From an uncultured bacterium (GTDB lineage Bacteria > UBP14 > UBA6098), in contig CAZSHG010000005.1 in NCBI GenBank assembly GCA_964606695.1, positions 35,410 through 67,409 of the forward strand: a DNA stretch of 32,000 nt. The letters are read 5' to 3'. Shown in pieces: positions 15,984 to 25,596 of the stretch. The translations under genes and the position numbers were made by a program. The stretch's first letter is position 1, and every line of letters begins with the position of its first letter. The notes beneath the pieces were generated by a model, which worked only from the letters and a program-made list of their open reading frames with translations, was not told the origin of the DNA and ran no database searches.

Positions 15984-16961
15984 TTAACCGTAGAAACCGC
16001 CCTGGGAGTGATCGCCCAGAATCATCTTGCCGAATTGGCCTTTATAGGATGAGTGATCGCCGAGGATACTGCCCTTAAGAAAACCGCGTTCGATAGTCGC
16101 GCTATTGCCAATGATCGAGTCGCTTATGATCGAATCGGTGATCTGCGTGCCCTCGCCTATCGAAACATACGGGCCGATGACGCATCGTTCGACAAGGCAA
16201 TTCTCGCCGATATAAACCGGCGGGATCAACACGACATCCGGGAATTTTTCAGTAGGAATCGCGTGTTCGAGCAGGTGGCGGTTCGTTTCGATAAGTGTCT
16301 CGACCGTTCCGCAATCGAACCATCCCCCGATTTCCTTCGCGTAGATGTCTATGCCACGTTCGACCATTAGCTGGAGTGCATCGGTTAGCTGATATTCTCC
16401 TCGCGTTTTCTGGCCACTATCGACTATTGTTTTCAGCGCTTTGCGAAGTTCTCCGGACGCGATGAAATAGTAGGGACTTGTGATTGCGAGATTGCTTTTC
16501 GGTTGTTCAGGTTTTTCCTGCAGACCGATAATTCTGTCGCCTCTGACCTCCACCACGCCGAAACGTGATGGATTTTCCACGTGCCGGACGCCGATTGTGT
16601 TTTTGCCCTCTGAGATAATCTCGTCCAGGCCTAATTCTATAATAGTGTCGCCCAGTGCGATGAGAACGGGTTCGTTATCGACCTCTTCGAGACCCAACAT
16701 GACGGCATAACCCAGGCCGAGTAGTTTTTCCTGCTCGATGAACCGGGCAGGGATGTCGTAATTTTTTTCGACGTATTCGCGGATTTTCTCGCCCTTGTAT
16801 CCGATGATCAGGATGAGTTCGTCCACCGAACTTTTTATAATAGAATCGAGGATGTGCGCCAGTATCGGCTTGCCCGCCACCGGCAGAAGCGGTTTCGGGA
16901 CGGTCGATGTGAACGGGCGCAGGCGCGTTCCGGTTCCTGCTACGGGGATTATCGCTTTCAT
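15984..16961 (-). CDS. Sugar-1-phosphate nucleotidyltransferase with C-terminal left-handed beta-helix (G1P thymidylyl-/M1P guanylyl-transferase-like)
   Basis: MKAIIPVAGTGTRLRPFTSTVPKPLLPVAGKPIL nucleotidyltransferase N-terminus. Hexapeptide-like repeats in the C-terminal third (IGENCLVERCVIGPYVSIGEGTQI...). Confidence 0.8.
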   Translation of the reverse strand: MKAIIPVAGTGTRLRPFTSTVPKPLLPVAGKPILAHILDSIIKSSVDELILIIGYKGEKIREYVEKNYDIPARFIEQEKLLGLGYAVMLGLEEVDNEPVLIALGDTIIELGLDEIISEGKNTIGVRHVENPSRFGVVEVRGDRIIGLQEKPEQPKSNLAITSPYYFIASGELRKALKTIVDSGQKTRGEYQLTDALQLMVERGIDIYAKEIGGWFDCGTVETLIETNRHLLEHAIPTEKFPDVVLIPPVYIGENCLVERCVIGPYVSIGEGTQITDSIISDSIIGNSATIERGFLKGSILGDHSSYKGQFGKMILGDHSQGGFYG

Positions 16962-16967
16962 ATTTAC

Positions 16968-18029
16968 CTACTTTGTTGCGAGTTCGGATTTCAGCCTGTC
17001 GATTACTTTAACCGGCATGGGATCGACCTCGTTGAGAATTGCGAGATAATAACTTGCCCAGTCGCCCAGCTGAATTAGGGAGAACATTCGCGCGAGGAGG
17101 GTCTCCCCTGTTGTTTCGAGGGTTACGGTTTCTATGCCGAGTTCCTCTTGAATCTCGGTCATAAAACTCATACGGAAACCGACGCGTTCGTGCGTTCCGC
17201 GGTCTTTTAGCCAGATGGCCACGAGTAACTCTTTGAGAAAATCCACCTGATTCCAACCCACGAGTTCGTTATGGTTGTTTTCTGGCAGGAATGCGCTATA
17301 GGCGAGTTGTTTCGCGTTTTCGTTTATCTGACCGCGAAAACGGACCGCGACCGAATCGAAGTGTTCGCTGTCTGAATAGATTAGCGGAAGTTTTTTGAAA
17401 AAGCTGAAGGCCAGAGCCTTCGCCGCGTTATTTTCGGCGCGAACGTCGAGGTCATATTGTTCGACGCCCGAGACAAGCAGTTTATACGTGTCGTCGATTG
17501 CGTTCAGTTGTTCCGGAATGAAGCCGAGTTCTTCCATCAGGGTTAGCATCGGTGCGAAACTATAGCCCAATGCGGCTCGCGGAGGAAGCCCGCCGGGTAT
17601 TATCACCACCGGAAGATTTTTCTCCGTCGCGATTTCGGACAATTTACCGCCGGTGGTTATTGCCATTCTCTGGGCATCGAGTTCGCCGGCTTCGGTGAAA
17701 GCGGTCAGGGTTTCCTCCGTGTTGCCCGAATAGCTTGATCCGATGACGAGGGTATTTTCGCCCACGAAAGTCGGAAGATTGTAATCGCGGTTAATATAAA
17801 TAGGTATGGCGATTTTGTCGATAGCATATGAACGAACCAGATCGCCACCTATCGCGCTCCCCCCCATCCCGCAAACGACTATGTTTTCGACGCGGGAGGT
17901 ATCGATGACGTCGAGGGGCACTTCGCGGGCGAGATCTCGACCCGTTAGCAGTTGCCCGGGAAATTCACGAAGGAACTCGATCATTCCGCCGCTGTCTATC
18001 TCTTTGATTTTGTTAATGTTATCAAGCAT
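16968..18029 (-). CDS. Bifunctional phosphoglucose/phosphomannose isomerase (SIS-domain PGI/PMI family)
   Basis: CGMGGSAIGGDL and SYSGNTEET SIS motifs. The size (~350 aa) fits, and it lies next to a sugar nucleotidyltransferase. Confidence 0.8.
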   Translation of the reverse strand: MLDNINKIKEIDSGGMIEFLREFPGQLLTGRDLAREVPLDVIDTSRVENIVVCGMGGSAIGGDLVRSYAIDKIAIPIYINRDYNLPTFVGENTLVIGSSYSGNTEETLTAFTEAGELDAQRMAITTGGKLSEIATEKNLPVVIIPGGLPPRAALGYSFAPMLTLMEELGFIPEQLNAIDDTYKLLVSGVEQYDLDVRAENNAAKALAFSFFKKLPLIYSDSEHFDSVAVRFRGQINENAKQLAYSAFLPENNHNELVGWNQVDFLKELLVAIWLKDRGTHERVGFRMSFMTEIQEELGIETVTLETTGETLLARMFSLIQLGDWASYYLAILNEVDPMPVKVIDRLKSELATK

Positions 18030-18082
18030 TCTGTCTCCGTCGTTGAATGAATTTAGAAAGTTTAAATATATGTTGTAATCGG

Positions 18083-18110
18083 TTGACAGTCAAATTATTT
18101 TCATTATTTT
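18083..18110 (+). promoter_or_regulatory. Candidate promoter P1 upstream of tRNA-Ala
   Basis: TTGACA (18083-18088), 16 nt, TATTTT (18105-18110). Confidence 0.3.
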
Positions 18111-18121
18111 CGAGAAAAGTC

Positions 18122-18150
18122 TTGACATTCGTATATCTGACGTATATTTT
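18122..18150 (+). promoter_or_regulatory. Candidate promoter P2 upstream of tRNA-Ala
   Basis: TTGACA (18122-18127), 17 nt, TATTTT (18145-18150), about 90 nt upstream of the tRNA. Confidence 0.35.
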
Positions 18151-18239
18151 CACGTAGTTTTGAAGCTCGTGATAGGTTAAAGCCTATCTCGAAAGCTGTT
18201 AAATAAGATGTTTTCAGCGATTTCGTTATTTCAAAATCT

Positions 18240-18315
18240 GGGGCCGTAGCTCAGTTGGGAGAGCGCCAGAATCGCACTCTGGAGGCCGTGGGTTCGACTC
18301 CCATCGGCTCCACCA
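18240..18315 (+). tRNA. tRNA-Ala (anticodon CGC), CCA encoded
   Basis: Cloverleaf read by hand. Acceptor stem GGGGCCG/CGGCTCC with the G3:U70 alanine identity pair. D arm GCTC-AGTTGGGA-GAGC. Anticodon stem CCAGA/TCTGG with loop AUCGCAC. T arm GTGGG-TTCGACT-CCCAT. Discriminator A followed by CCA. Confidence 0.93.
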
Positions 18316-19058
18316 TGAAAATTATGAACGTTCTGAACGGTAAAACGGCGATTATTACGGGCGCCGCCCGCGGCATCGGGAAGGCGATTGCGAAACTCTT
18401 CAGTGAGGAAGGCGCGAATTTAATCCTTGTCGATCTGGACGAAACCGAGCTGAAAAAGACGGCAATTGAAATTGGAGTTGAATCTTTCGTAGCGGATATT
18501 TCCAACGCCGAAGACGCTGAAAAGGCCGTCAAGACGGCAATCGATAAATATGGTTCTTTAGATATATTGATCAACAACGCCGGAATCACGCGCGACGCTC
18601 TCGCGATTCGGATGAAACCGGAGGATTTCGAGCTTGTGCTGAAGGTCAATCTGACCGGTGCTTTTCTTATGGCAAAAGCCGCGGCACGAGTTATGATGAA
18701 ATCCCGATACGGCAAGATAGTTAATATGGCAAGCGTTGTCGGAGTTAACGGGAACGCAGGCCAGGCGAACTATGCCGCATCGAAGGGTGGATTGATCTCG
18801 ATGACCAAGACTTTTGCCAAGGAGTTTGGCAATCGAGGGATTCGTGTCAACGCCATCGCACCCGGACTCATCGAAACGGAGATGACCGCGAATCTTCCAG
18901 AATCGGCACTCGAGGGTTTCAAAAATAAGATAGCCCTCAGCAAAGCCGCCGGCACTCCGGAAGACGTGGCAAAAGCCACTCTCTTTCTGGCGTCGGAAGA
19001 TTCGGATTATATTACCGGCACGGTTTTACCCGTCGATGGCGGGATGTTGATCGCATAG
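18315..19058 (+). CDS. fabG: 3-oxoacyl-[acyl-carrier-protein] reductase (SDR family)
   Basis: MKIMNVLNGKTAIITGAARGIGKAIA (TGxxxGIG), NNAGI, and the YAASKGG catalytic motif. The listed start (18255) lies inside the tRNA. The real start is ATG 18315 or ATG 18324. Confidence 0.85.
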   Translation: MKIMNVLNGKTAIITGAARGIGKAIAKLFSEEGANLILVDLDETELKKTAIEIGVESFVADISNAEDAEKAVKTAIDKYGSLDILINNAGITRDALAIRMKPEDFELVLKVNLTGAFLMAKAAARVMMKSRYGKIVNMASVVGVNGNAGQANYAASKGGLISMTKTFAKEFGNRGIRVNAIAPGLIETEMTANLPESALEGFKNKIALSKAAGTPEDVAKATLFLASEDSDYITGTVLPVDGGMLIA

Positions 19059-19174
19059 TATATTTCAATTTTGATTAATGCGGCTATACGCCGCGAATAT
19101 TGTTGCTACGATATTCGTTCCCCGAGCCGAATATCGTCCCGCTGGACTTGGGGGGTTATACCTGTAAGGTGCAC

Positions 19175-19195
19175 CCCCGCTTAGTGGGGTTTTTT
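19175..19195 (+). terminator. Intrinsic terminator-like hairpin with U-tract
   Basis: CCCCGC (19175-19180), loop tta, GTGGGG (19184-19189), then TTTTTT (19190-19195). The G6 run at 19150-19155 could pair with C5 at 19174-19178 instead. Confidence 0.7.
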
Positions 19196-19225
19196 GTATT
19201 GAAAAAGCTCATGGAGGCTTTAACT

Positions 19226-19489
19226 ATGAGAGAAAAAAAGAAGATGCGCGAAGGAGTTGTCGTCTCCAACGCGATGGATAAAACGGTGAAGGTGGAAGTG
19301 GCATACAAATACCCCCACCCTCTTTACGGCAAGGTCGTGAAGAGCCGACATACGTTCAAGGCACATGACGAGAAAAACGAGTGCCTCGTCGGGGATAAAG
19401 TCCTTATGGTCGAGTCTTCACCGCTGTCGAAGACCAAGCGCTGGCGCGTTTTAGAGATTCTCGAACGTCCTGAGGCCGCGGAGGTGTAA
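19226..19489 (+). CDS. rpsQ: 30S ribosomal protein S17
   Basis: GGAGG lies 8 nt upstream of ATG 19226. [25 protein letters not shown] matches the S17 N-terminal pattern. The listed ORF start (19100) runs through the terminator. Confidence 0.9.
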   Translation: MREKKKMREGVVVSNAMDKTVKVEVAYKYPHPLYGKVVKSRHTFKAHDEKNECLVGDKVLMVESSPLSKTKRWRVLEILERPEAAEV

Positions 19490-19490
19490 A

Positions 19491-19859
19491 ATGATTCAGC
19501 GTGAAAGCATACTCAACGTGGCAGACAACTCCGGTGCCAGGCGGGCGCAGGTAATCGGACTTACGCACGGAACACAACACAATATCGCGCATATAGGCGA
19601 TATAGTAATTATCAGCGTTAAGGAAGCCATACCCGGCGCGGCAGTTAAAAAGGGCGAAATCGCGCATGCGGTAATTGTCCGAACAAAGAAGCCGCTTCGC
19701 CGAGCCGACGGTAGCTACATCCGCTTCGACGATAACGCCGCCGTCCTTATCGACGCTCAGCACGAGCCTCGCGGAACACGTGTTTTCGGCCCGGTAGCCA
19801 GAGAATTACGTGAACTGGATTTTATGAAGATAGTCTCGCTGGCCCCTGAGGTCTTATAA
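19491..19859 (+). CDS. rplN: 50S ribosomal protein L14
   Basis: [18 protein letters not shown]..., 122 aa, in the conserved gene order. Confidence 0.97.
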   Translation: MIQRESILNVADNSGARRAQVIGLTHGTQHNIAHIGDIVIISVKEAIPGAAVKKGEIAHAVIVRTKKPLRRADGSYIRFDDNAAVLIDAQHEPRGTRVFGPVARELRELDFMKIVSLAPEVL

Positions 19860-19869
19860 GGAGTTAGAT

Positions 19870-20208
19870 ATGAGAAAGAATCAACAACCGGCGGTTAGAA
19901 TCAAGAAAAACGATATCGTTCGAGTTATAGCGGGAAATTATCGCGGGGCGAAGGGTAAAGTGCTCAAGGTCTTTCCGCGTAGCCGCCGCGTAATAATTGA
20001 GGGCGTTAATTTCATAAAAAGGCACACGAAACCCCGAAGTCAGAGCGACCCCGGCGGAATACAGGAACGCGAGGCACCTATTCACATCTCGAACGTCGAA
20101 CTCGTTTGTCCAAAATGCGGCGCGGAAACCCGTATAGGCATGCACTTCACCGAAGACGGAAGCAAGGTGAGGATTTGTAAAAAATGTCTGGAGATGATAG
20201 ACGTCTGA
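19870..20208 (+). CDS. rplX: 50S ribosomal protein L24 (KOW domain) with a CxxC...CxxC C-terminal region
   Basis: [27 protein letters not shown] motif. The position between L14 and L5 fits. The C-terminus is [28 protein letters not shown]. Confidence 0.93.
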   Translation: MRKNQQPAVRIKKNDIVRVIAGNYRGAKGKVLKVFPRSRRVIIEGVNFIKRHTKPRSQSDPGGIQEREAPIHISNVELVCPKCGAETRIGMHFTEDGSKVRICKKCLEMIDV

Positions 20209-20227
20209 TCGAGATAAGGAGATAACA

Positions 20228-20773
20228 ATGGCATCGAGATACATTAAAATATACGAAGACGAGGTCGTTCCAAAACTTATGGAGCGTTTCGAATATTCGA
20301 ATGTCAACCGGGTTCCCGAATTAAAGAAGATAGTCGTCAATATGGGAGTCGGGGAGGCATCGAGGAATCCGAAGTTACTCGAAGGAGCGACTGAAGAGTT
20401 GGCAACTATTACCGGGCAGAAAACGAAAATTTGCAAAGCCAGGAAGAGCGTCGCTAATTTCAATTTGAGAAAAGGGATGGCAATCGGCACTTCGGTTACT
20501 CTTCGAGGTAATCGTATGTATGATTTCCTCGACAGACTGGTCAATATAGCCATTCCGAGGATTCGCGATTTCCGTGGACTTAACCCGAATGCGTTCGACG
20601 GCAGAGGCAATTATACTATGGGAGTTACGGAGCAAATTATATTCCCGGAAATCGATTATGACAAAGTAGAACAAATAAGGGGATTGAATATCACGCTTGT
20701 AACATCGGCAGAGACCGATGAAGAGAGTTACGAACTCCTCACGGCGTTCGGATTCCCCTTTAAGAGAACTTAA
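20228..20773 (+). CDS. rplE: 50S ribosomal protein L5
   Basis: [20 protein letters not shown] and [20 protein letters not shown]. Confidence 0.97.
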   Translation: MASRYIKIYEDEVVPKLMERFEYSNVNRVPELKKIVVNMGVGEASRNPKLLEGATEELATITGQKTKICKARKSVANFNLRKGMAIGTSVTLRGNRMYDFLDRLVNIAIPRIRDFRGLNPNAFDGRGNYTMGVTEQIIFPEIDYDKVEQIRGLNITLVTSAETDEESYELLTAFGFPFKRT

Positions 20774-20791
20774 ATCGTTCGAGGTGATTTT

Positions 20792-20977
20792 ATGGCGAGG
20801 AAAAGCTTAATCGCCAAAGCAAAAAGAAAACCAAAATATAAAGTAAGGGCTTATAACCGCTGTGAACGCTGTGGTCGTCCGCGGGGTTATCTTCGAGATT
20901 TTGGCCTTTGCAGAATTTGCTTCAGGGAACTGGCCTTAAAAGGCAAAATCCCCGGAGTTCGTAAGGCTAGCTGGTAG
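20792..20977 (+). CDS. rpsN: 30S ribosomal protein S14, type Z (zinc-binding, 61 aa)
   Basis: [46 protein letters not shown]... Confidence 0.95.
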   Translation: MARKSLIAKAKRKPKYKVRAYNRCERCGRPRGYLRDFGLCRICFRELALKGKIPGVRKASW

Positions 20978-20998
20978 AATCGGGAGGTTATTCTAATT

Positions 20999-21394
20999 AT
21001 GATGACTGATCCTATAGCCGATATGCTAACACGCATCCGCAACGGTGTAATGGCCAACAAAAAGGTCGTTGCCATGCCGTCGAGTAAGATGCGGCATAAT
21101 CTGGTTCGAGTATTGACAGAGGAAAAGTTCGTTCGCGGTTATAAAATAGTGCCGTCCGACGGCCCAAGCCCCACGTTGAAAGTTTACCTTAAATACAACG
21201 AGGGCGAATCGGTTCTGAAGGGCATCCAGCGAGTTTCCAAACCGGGACGAAGGGTTTACGCAAAGCTTGACAAACTGCCCAGGGTTCGCGGCGGTCTTGG
21301 GGTGGCGATTCTATCCACCTCGAAGGGCGTCCTGACCGATCGCCAGGCAAAGATGCTCGGTGTGGGCGGCGAAGTCCTTTGCTATGTTTGGTAA
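20999..21394 (+). CDS. rpsH: 30S ribosomal protein S8
   Basis: TDPIADMLTRIRNG... and GGEVLCYVW at the C-terminus. Confidence 0.96.
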   Translation: MMTDPIADMLTRIRNGVMANKKVVAMPSSKMRHNLVRVLTEEKFVRGYKIVPSDGPSPTLKVYLKYNEGESVLKGIQRVSKPGRRVYAKLDKLPRVRGGLGVAILSTSKGVLTDRQAKMLGVGGEVLCYVW

Positions 21395-21403
21395 GGAGTT
21401 AAA

Positions 21404-21988
21404 ATGAGCCGCATAGGATATAATCCATTGACTATTCCCGACGGCGTTAAGGTCGAGTTCAAGAACGGCGTCGTTAAGGCTTCAGGTCCAAAAGGGGAAT
21501 TGACCTGCGAATTGCGCCCCGAAGTCGGCTATCAAGAAAACGACGACGGGACAATTACAATTACGAGAATTAACGACGAAAAAAGACCTCGACAGATGCA
21601 CGGCCTACATCGATCTCTCGTTGAAAATATGCTCATCGGCGTTAGCGAAGGATTCGAGAAGAATCTCGAGGTTATCGGGGTTGGATATAAGGTTGAACAG
21701 CATGGAAAAGGTCTTATTATCGGTCTTGGTTTCAGTCACCAGATATTCTTCGTGCCGCCAGAAGGGATAACATTGACCTGCGATGCGCCCAAGAGAAAGG
21801 TTCAGGCAGAAGGAACACCTAACCAGCTTCTGGCGGGTTTTATCAAGGTCGAAGGTGCTGACAAACAGCTTGTCGGACAGGTAGCCGCTAAAATACGAAG
21901 CCTGAAACGCCCAGACGTTTATAAGAGCAAGGGCATACGTTACGCAGACGAACGCGTGAGTATCAAAGCCGGTAAAGCCGCAGTCTAA
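21404..21988 (+). CDS. rplF: 50S ribosomal protein L6
   Basis: [17 protein letters not shown]...GPKGEL...GVGYK...[28 protein letters not shown]-like. At 194 aa it is slightly longer than usual. Confidence 0.95.
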   Translation: [194 protein letters not shown]

Positions 21989-22008
21989 GTTAAGTATAGA
22001 GGAATATC

Positions 22009-22371
22009 ATGAAGAATAAGAAAGACATCAAGCGCAACAGACGGATAATCAGAGTTCGTAAAAAAGTTTACGGAACCTCTGATAAACCGCGTTTATGCGT
22101 TTTCAGAAGCCTGCGCCACATTTACGCTCAGGCTATCGACGACGATACGGGCAATACGATCGCGACGGTTTCGACGCTTACTCCCGATGTCGAGGGAGAA
22201 TTAAAAGGGAAAAACAAATCCGAAAGCGCCGAAATCGTGGGGCAAAAAATCGCTGAGATATTAAAGGACAAAGGTATCGAGAACGTTGTCTTCGACCGTC
22301 ACGGGTATCTTTATCACGGCAGAATAAAGGCTTTGGCGGAAGGCGCTCGAAAGGGCGGACTTCAGTTTTAG
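22009..22371 (+). CDS. rplR: 50S ribosomal protein L18
   Basis: [35 protein letters not shown]...[26 protein letters not shown]. Confidence 0.96.
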   Translation: MKNKKDIKRNRRIIRVRKKVYGTSDKPRLCVFRSLRHIYAQAIDDDTGNTIATVSTLTPDVEGELKGKNKSESAEIVGQKIAEILKDKGIENVVFDRHGYLYHGRIKALAEGARKGGLQF

Positions 22372-22379
22372 GAGTATTT

Positions 22380-22916
22380 ATGGCAGACGATAAGAAAAGA
22401 AGAGGTCGTAAGGGCAGGTCGAGTAAACCTGTGGAAGAAACGCTGGAAGAACGAGTGATTTCGATTAATCGTGTTTCCAAGGTAGTCAAGGGCGGCAAAA
22501 ATATGAGTTTTAACGCTCTCGTCGCCGTCGGCGACAGGATGGGAAACGTGGGTATCGGACTTGGCAAGGCAAACGAGGTCGCTTCCGCGATTCGTAAAGC
22601 TACCGGGGACGCCCGTAAGTCGATGGTGCGAATACCGCTCATCGCCAATAGAACGATTCCACACGAGATTACCGGCAGATACGGTTCGGCTCGAGTTCTG
22701 CTCAAGCCGGCGGCACCGGGAACAGGCGTTATCGCCGGAGGAGCCGTTCGTCAGATACTCGAGGCGCTTGGCGTGCAGGACATCCTTACAAAATCCCTCG
22801 GCTCGAAAAACCCTATTAACGTAGCGAAAGCTACTATGGAAGGTCTTCAGGCACAGGAGAACCTCGAAATGGTCGCCGATAGGCGCGGAATTTCGCCCGA
22901 AAGATTGAAAAGATAG
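22380..22916 (+). CDS. rpsE: 30S ribosomal protein S5
   Basis: [40 protein letters not shown] and [11 protein letters not shown]. Confidence 0.96.
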   Translation: MADDKKRRGRKGRSSKPVEETLEERVISINRVSKVVKGGKNMSFNALVAVGDRMGNVGIGLGKANEVASAIRKATGDARKSMVRIPLIANRTIPHEITGRYGSARVLLKPAAPGTGVIAGGAVRQILEALGVQDILTKSLGSKNPINVAKATMEGLQAQENLEMVADRRGISPERLKR

Positions 22917-22928
22917 CGGAGAATTATC

Positions 22929-23129
22929 ATGGAACGCGTAAAAATAACATTGATCAAAAGCCCGATAGGGTTTGATAAAAGACAGAGGGCTACGGTTAAG
23001 TCTCTCGGTTTGAAAAAGATCCGACAGACAGTGGAACATGACGCTACCGATAGCATCATGGGAATGGCCTTCAGGATAAAACACCTGGTTAAAGTCGAGA
23101 AAATCGAAGAGACTGGAGGTGGAGAATGA
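22929..23129 (+). CDS. rpmD: 50S ribosomal protein L30
   Basis: VKITLIKSPIGFDKRQRATVKSLGLKKIRQTVEH. It overlaps rplO by ATGA. Confidence 0.9.
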   Translation: MERVKITLIKSPIGFDKRQRATVKSLGLKKIRQTVEHDATDSIMGMAFRIKHLVKVEKIEETGGGE

Positions 23130-23563
23130 AACTCGGGAAGCTTAAACCACCCGAAGGATCTAAGAAGAAACGTAAGAGAGTCGGTCGTGGAGAATCCTCG
23201 GGAACCGGAAAAACATCCGGGAGAGGACACAAAGGCCAGATGTCGCGTAGCGGGGTAACCAAACGTTCCTGGATGGAAGGCGGCCAGATGCCTTTGGCAA
23301 GACGCCTTCCCAAGAAGGGATTCAATCCGCCGCAACGCAAAATTTATCAGGTTATTAATATCCAGGACCTTAACCGCTTCGAAGAAGGCCAGGATATCGA
23401 CATCGACGCGATGAGAGAAAACGGGCTTATCTCGCGCAAGCTTCCCGTAAAGCTTCTCGCTAACGGCGAACTGCGCGTTAAAGTAAATGTGAAAGTAAAC
23501 GCCGCCAGTAAAACTGCTATCGAAAAGGTAGAAAAGGGCGGCGGTAAAGTGGAGATTATATAA
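23126..23563 (+). CDS. rplO: 50S ribosomal protein L15
   Basis: MKLGKLKPPEGSKKKRKRVGRGESSGTGKTSGRGHKGQ... Confidence 0.96.
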   Translation: MKLGKLKPPEGSKKKRKRVGRGESSGTGKTSGRGHKGQMSRSGVTKRSWMEGGQMPLARRLPKKGFNPPQRKIYQVINIQDLNRFEEGQDIDIDAMRENGLISRKLPVKLLANGELRVKVNVKVNAASKTAIEKVEKGGGKVEII

Positions 23564-23575
23564 GGCGGTGCCTAA

Positions 23576-24919
23576 TTGAAACGGATAATCGAAGCTATAA
23601 CAAACGTCTTTAAGATTCCCGATTTGAGGAAGAAGGTCCTTTTCACAATCGCGATGGTCGTGCTCTACCGTCTGGGCGGGCATATTCCGTTGCCGGGAAT
23701 CAATATGGGCGCTTTACAGCAGGCATTTGGCCAGGGCGAGATGGGCGGTTTGTTCGGCCTTTACGATATGTTCGTCGGGGGCGCGTTCAGGCGGGCTACT
23801 ATTTTCGCTACCGGGATTATGCCTTACATAACGGCGTCGATTATTATTCAGCTCCTCGGCGCTGTTATCCCCTATTTCCAGAGATTACAGCGAGAGGGCG
23901 AAGAGGGACGCCGCAAGATCACGCAATATACACGTTACGGCGCTCTTTTTATCGCCGCGGCTCAATCTCTTGGAATGATCGCTTATCTACATAATCTCAA
24001 TGCCGGTAGCACGTCGTCTATTATTACGCCGGCCCTTTCGGGAATTCCCTTCACGGTTCTCGCGGTTATAAGCTTGACTACAGGTGCCGCTATAATTATG
24101 TGGATAGGCGAGTTAATGACTGAAAAGGGAATTGGGAACGGCATGAGTATCCTGATTCTCGTGGGTATCGTTTCGAGGCTTCCTATGACGTTCTACCAGG
24201 AAATAGTCCTGTTGTTGGAGGGTGGCCGTTCGATTTTCATCGAATTTATAGTTGTTATCGGAATCCTTTTCTTTATCGCCTGTGCGATTTTGCTGTCGCA
24301 GGGTAGTCGGCAGATTCCAGTGCAATATGCACGCAAGGTCGCCGGACGCAAGGTTTACGGCGGTAGCGCCACTCATCTCCCCCTCAGGATCAATGCCGCG
24401 GGCGTCATCCCGATTATTTTCGCCAGTGCGGTGATGTTCATCCCAACGCTAGTTATCGGGCTTCTTCCCGACGGCGGGATAAAACAGGCTTTAACGCAGG
24501 CCTTTACCGGCGGATCCTTCGTATATAATATCATCTACGGCGTGATTATTGTATTCTTCGCCTATTTCTACACGGCGGTGATATTCAATCCCGTGGATGT
24601 CGCGGAAAATATGAAAAAATACGGCGGCTTCATTCCAGGCAGACGGCCTGGCAAACAGACGTCGGAATATATCGATAAAGTTCTCACGAGAATCACGCTT
24701 CCCGGAGCTATCGGGCTGGCATTAATTGCTATCGTTCCGGTGTGGTTCCTGAGGGGCGCTACAGGGGGCACCGGCGGATTGCAATATGCCGTGGGTGGAA
24801 CGACGTTGTTGATTCTAACCGGAGTTATTATAGATACGCTTCAGCAGATCGAAAGCCACCTGCTAATGCGCCACTATGACGGCTTTATGAAGAAAGGCAG
24901 AATCCGGGGAAGACGTTAG
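23576..24919 (+). CDS. secY: Preprotein translocase subunit SecY (TTG start)
   Basis: A multi-TM protein: LRKKVLFTIAMVVLYRLGGHIPLPGIN, GIMPYITASIIIQLL, and EKGIGNGMSILI. It is in the conserved position after L15. Confidence 0.97.
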   Translation: MKRIIEAITNVFKIPDLRKKVLFTIAMVVLYRLGGHIPLPGINMGALQQAFGQGEMGGLFGLYDMFVGGAFRRATIFATGIMPYITASIIIQLLGAVIPYFQRLQREGEEGRRKITQYTRYGALFIAAAQSLGMIAYLHNLNAGSTSSIITPALSGIPFTVLAVISLTTGAAIIMWIGELMTEKGIGNGMSILILVGIVSRLPMTFYQEIVLLLEGGRSIFIEFIVVIGILFFIACAILLSQGSRQIPVQYARKVAGRKVYGGSATHLPLRINAAGVIPIIFASAVMFIPTLVIGLLPDGGIKQALTQAFTGGSFVYNIIYGVIIVFFAYFYTAVIFNPVDVAENMKKYGGFIPGRRPGKQTSEYIDKVLTRITLPGAIGLALIAIVPVWFLRGATGGTGGLQYAVGGTTLLILTGVIIDTLQQIESHLLMRHYDGFMKKGRIRGRR

Positions 24920-24921
24920 CT

Positions 24922-25596
24922 ATGACCCAAGAATCGAGAAAATATTATATTCTCATTTTAGGCCCTCCCGGTTCCGGCAAAGGAACTTATGCGAAACGCC
25001 TTGCGCAAAAGCTCGATTTGCGGCACATTGCAACGGGAGACATTCTGAGGGAGAAAGTCGAAAAGGGCGACGAACTCGCGGAAGCTATTAAAGCTTATAT
25101 CGACAAGGGCGAACTCGTGCCCGACGAGATGATAATCGAGATAATCCGCGAGATTCTCACCAGTGATAAGATCGTAAACGGATTCACGCTCGATGGTTTC
25201 CCCAGAACGTTGCCACAGGCGAAGATGCTCGACGAGATGATGGATTCGCTCGGCTGGAAATTCGATTATATCTTCTACGTCTGGGCGGAGAAGGAAAACA
25301 TCGTAGAGAGGCTGGCAAATCGCGTCCAATGCGAGAATTGCGGCGCTATTTACAATATGATCGACAATCCGCCGAAAGCGGATAACATCTGCGATAACTG
25401 CGGGGCGAAATTGCATCATCGTCTCGACGATAACCGGAAGGTTATTTTACATAGATTTGAAGTTTATGAACGGGATACGGTTTCAGTTGTAGACCATTAC
25501 AGGAATCATCCCGGGTTCTTTAAAATATATACCGGCGGCCCCGTCGGCGTAGCCGAGGTCGAAATGTTTAAGGCTATCGACGGAGACACTCGATGA
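24922..25596 (+). CDS. adk: Adenylate kinase with zinc-binding lid
   Basis: P-loop ILGPPGSGKGT, GFTLDGFPRT, and lid CENCGAIYN...CDNCGAKL. Confidence 0.95.
   Translation: MTQESRKYYILILGPPGSGKGTYAKRLAQKLDLRHIATGDILREKVEKGDELAEAIKAYIDKGELVPDEMIIEIIREILTSDKIVNGFTLDGFPRTLPQAKMLDEMMDSLGWKFDYIFYVWAEKENIVERLANRVQCENCGAIYNMIDNPPKADNICDNCGAKLHHRLDDNRKVILHRFEVYERDTVSVVDHYRNHPGFFKIYTGGPVGVAEVEMFKAIDGDTR

Noticed and set aside
18251-18715. Minus-strand ORF 18251..18715, and the 18255 start of the plus-strand ORF
   Set aside because: Both overlap the tRNA-Ala gene. The minus-strand ORF is antisense to a well-supported SDR (fabG) and has a low-complexity Ser/Ala/Ile-rich composition.
19864-23683. Long antisense ORFs across the ribosomal cluster (19864..20610, 22178..22705, 22368..23084, 22847..23683, all minus strand)
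   Set aside because: They are antisense to universally conserved ribosomal-protein genes in canonical order. They show no recognisable motifs and no start context.
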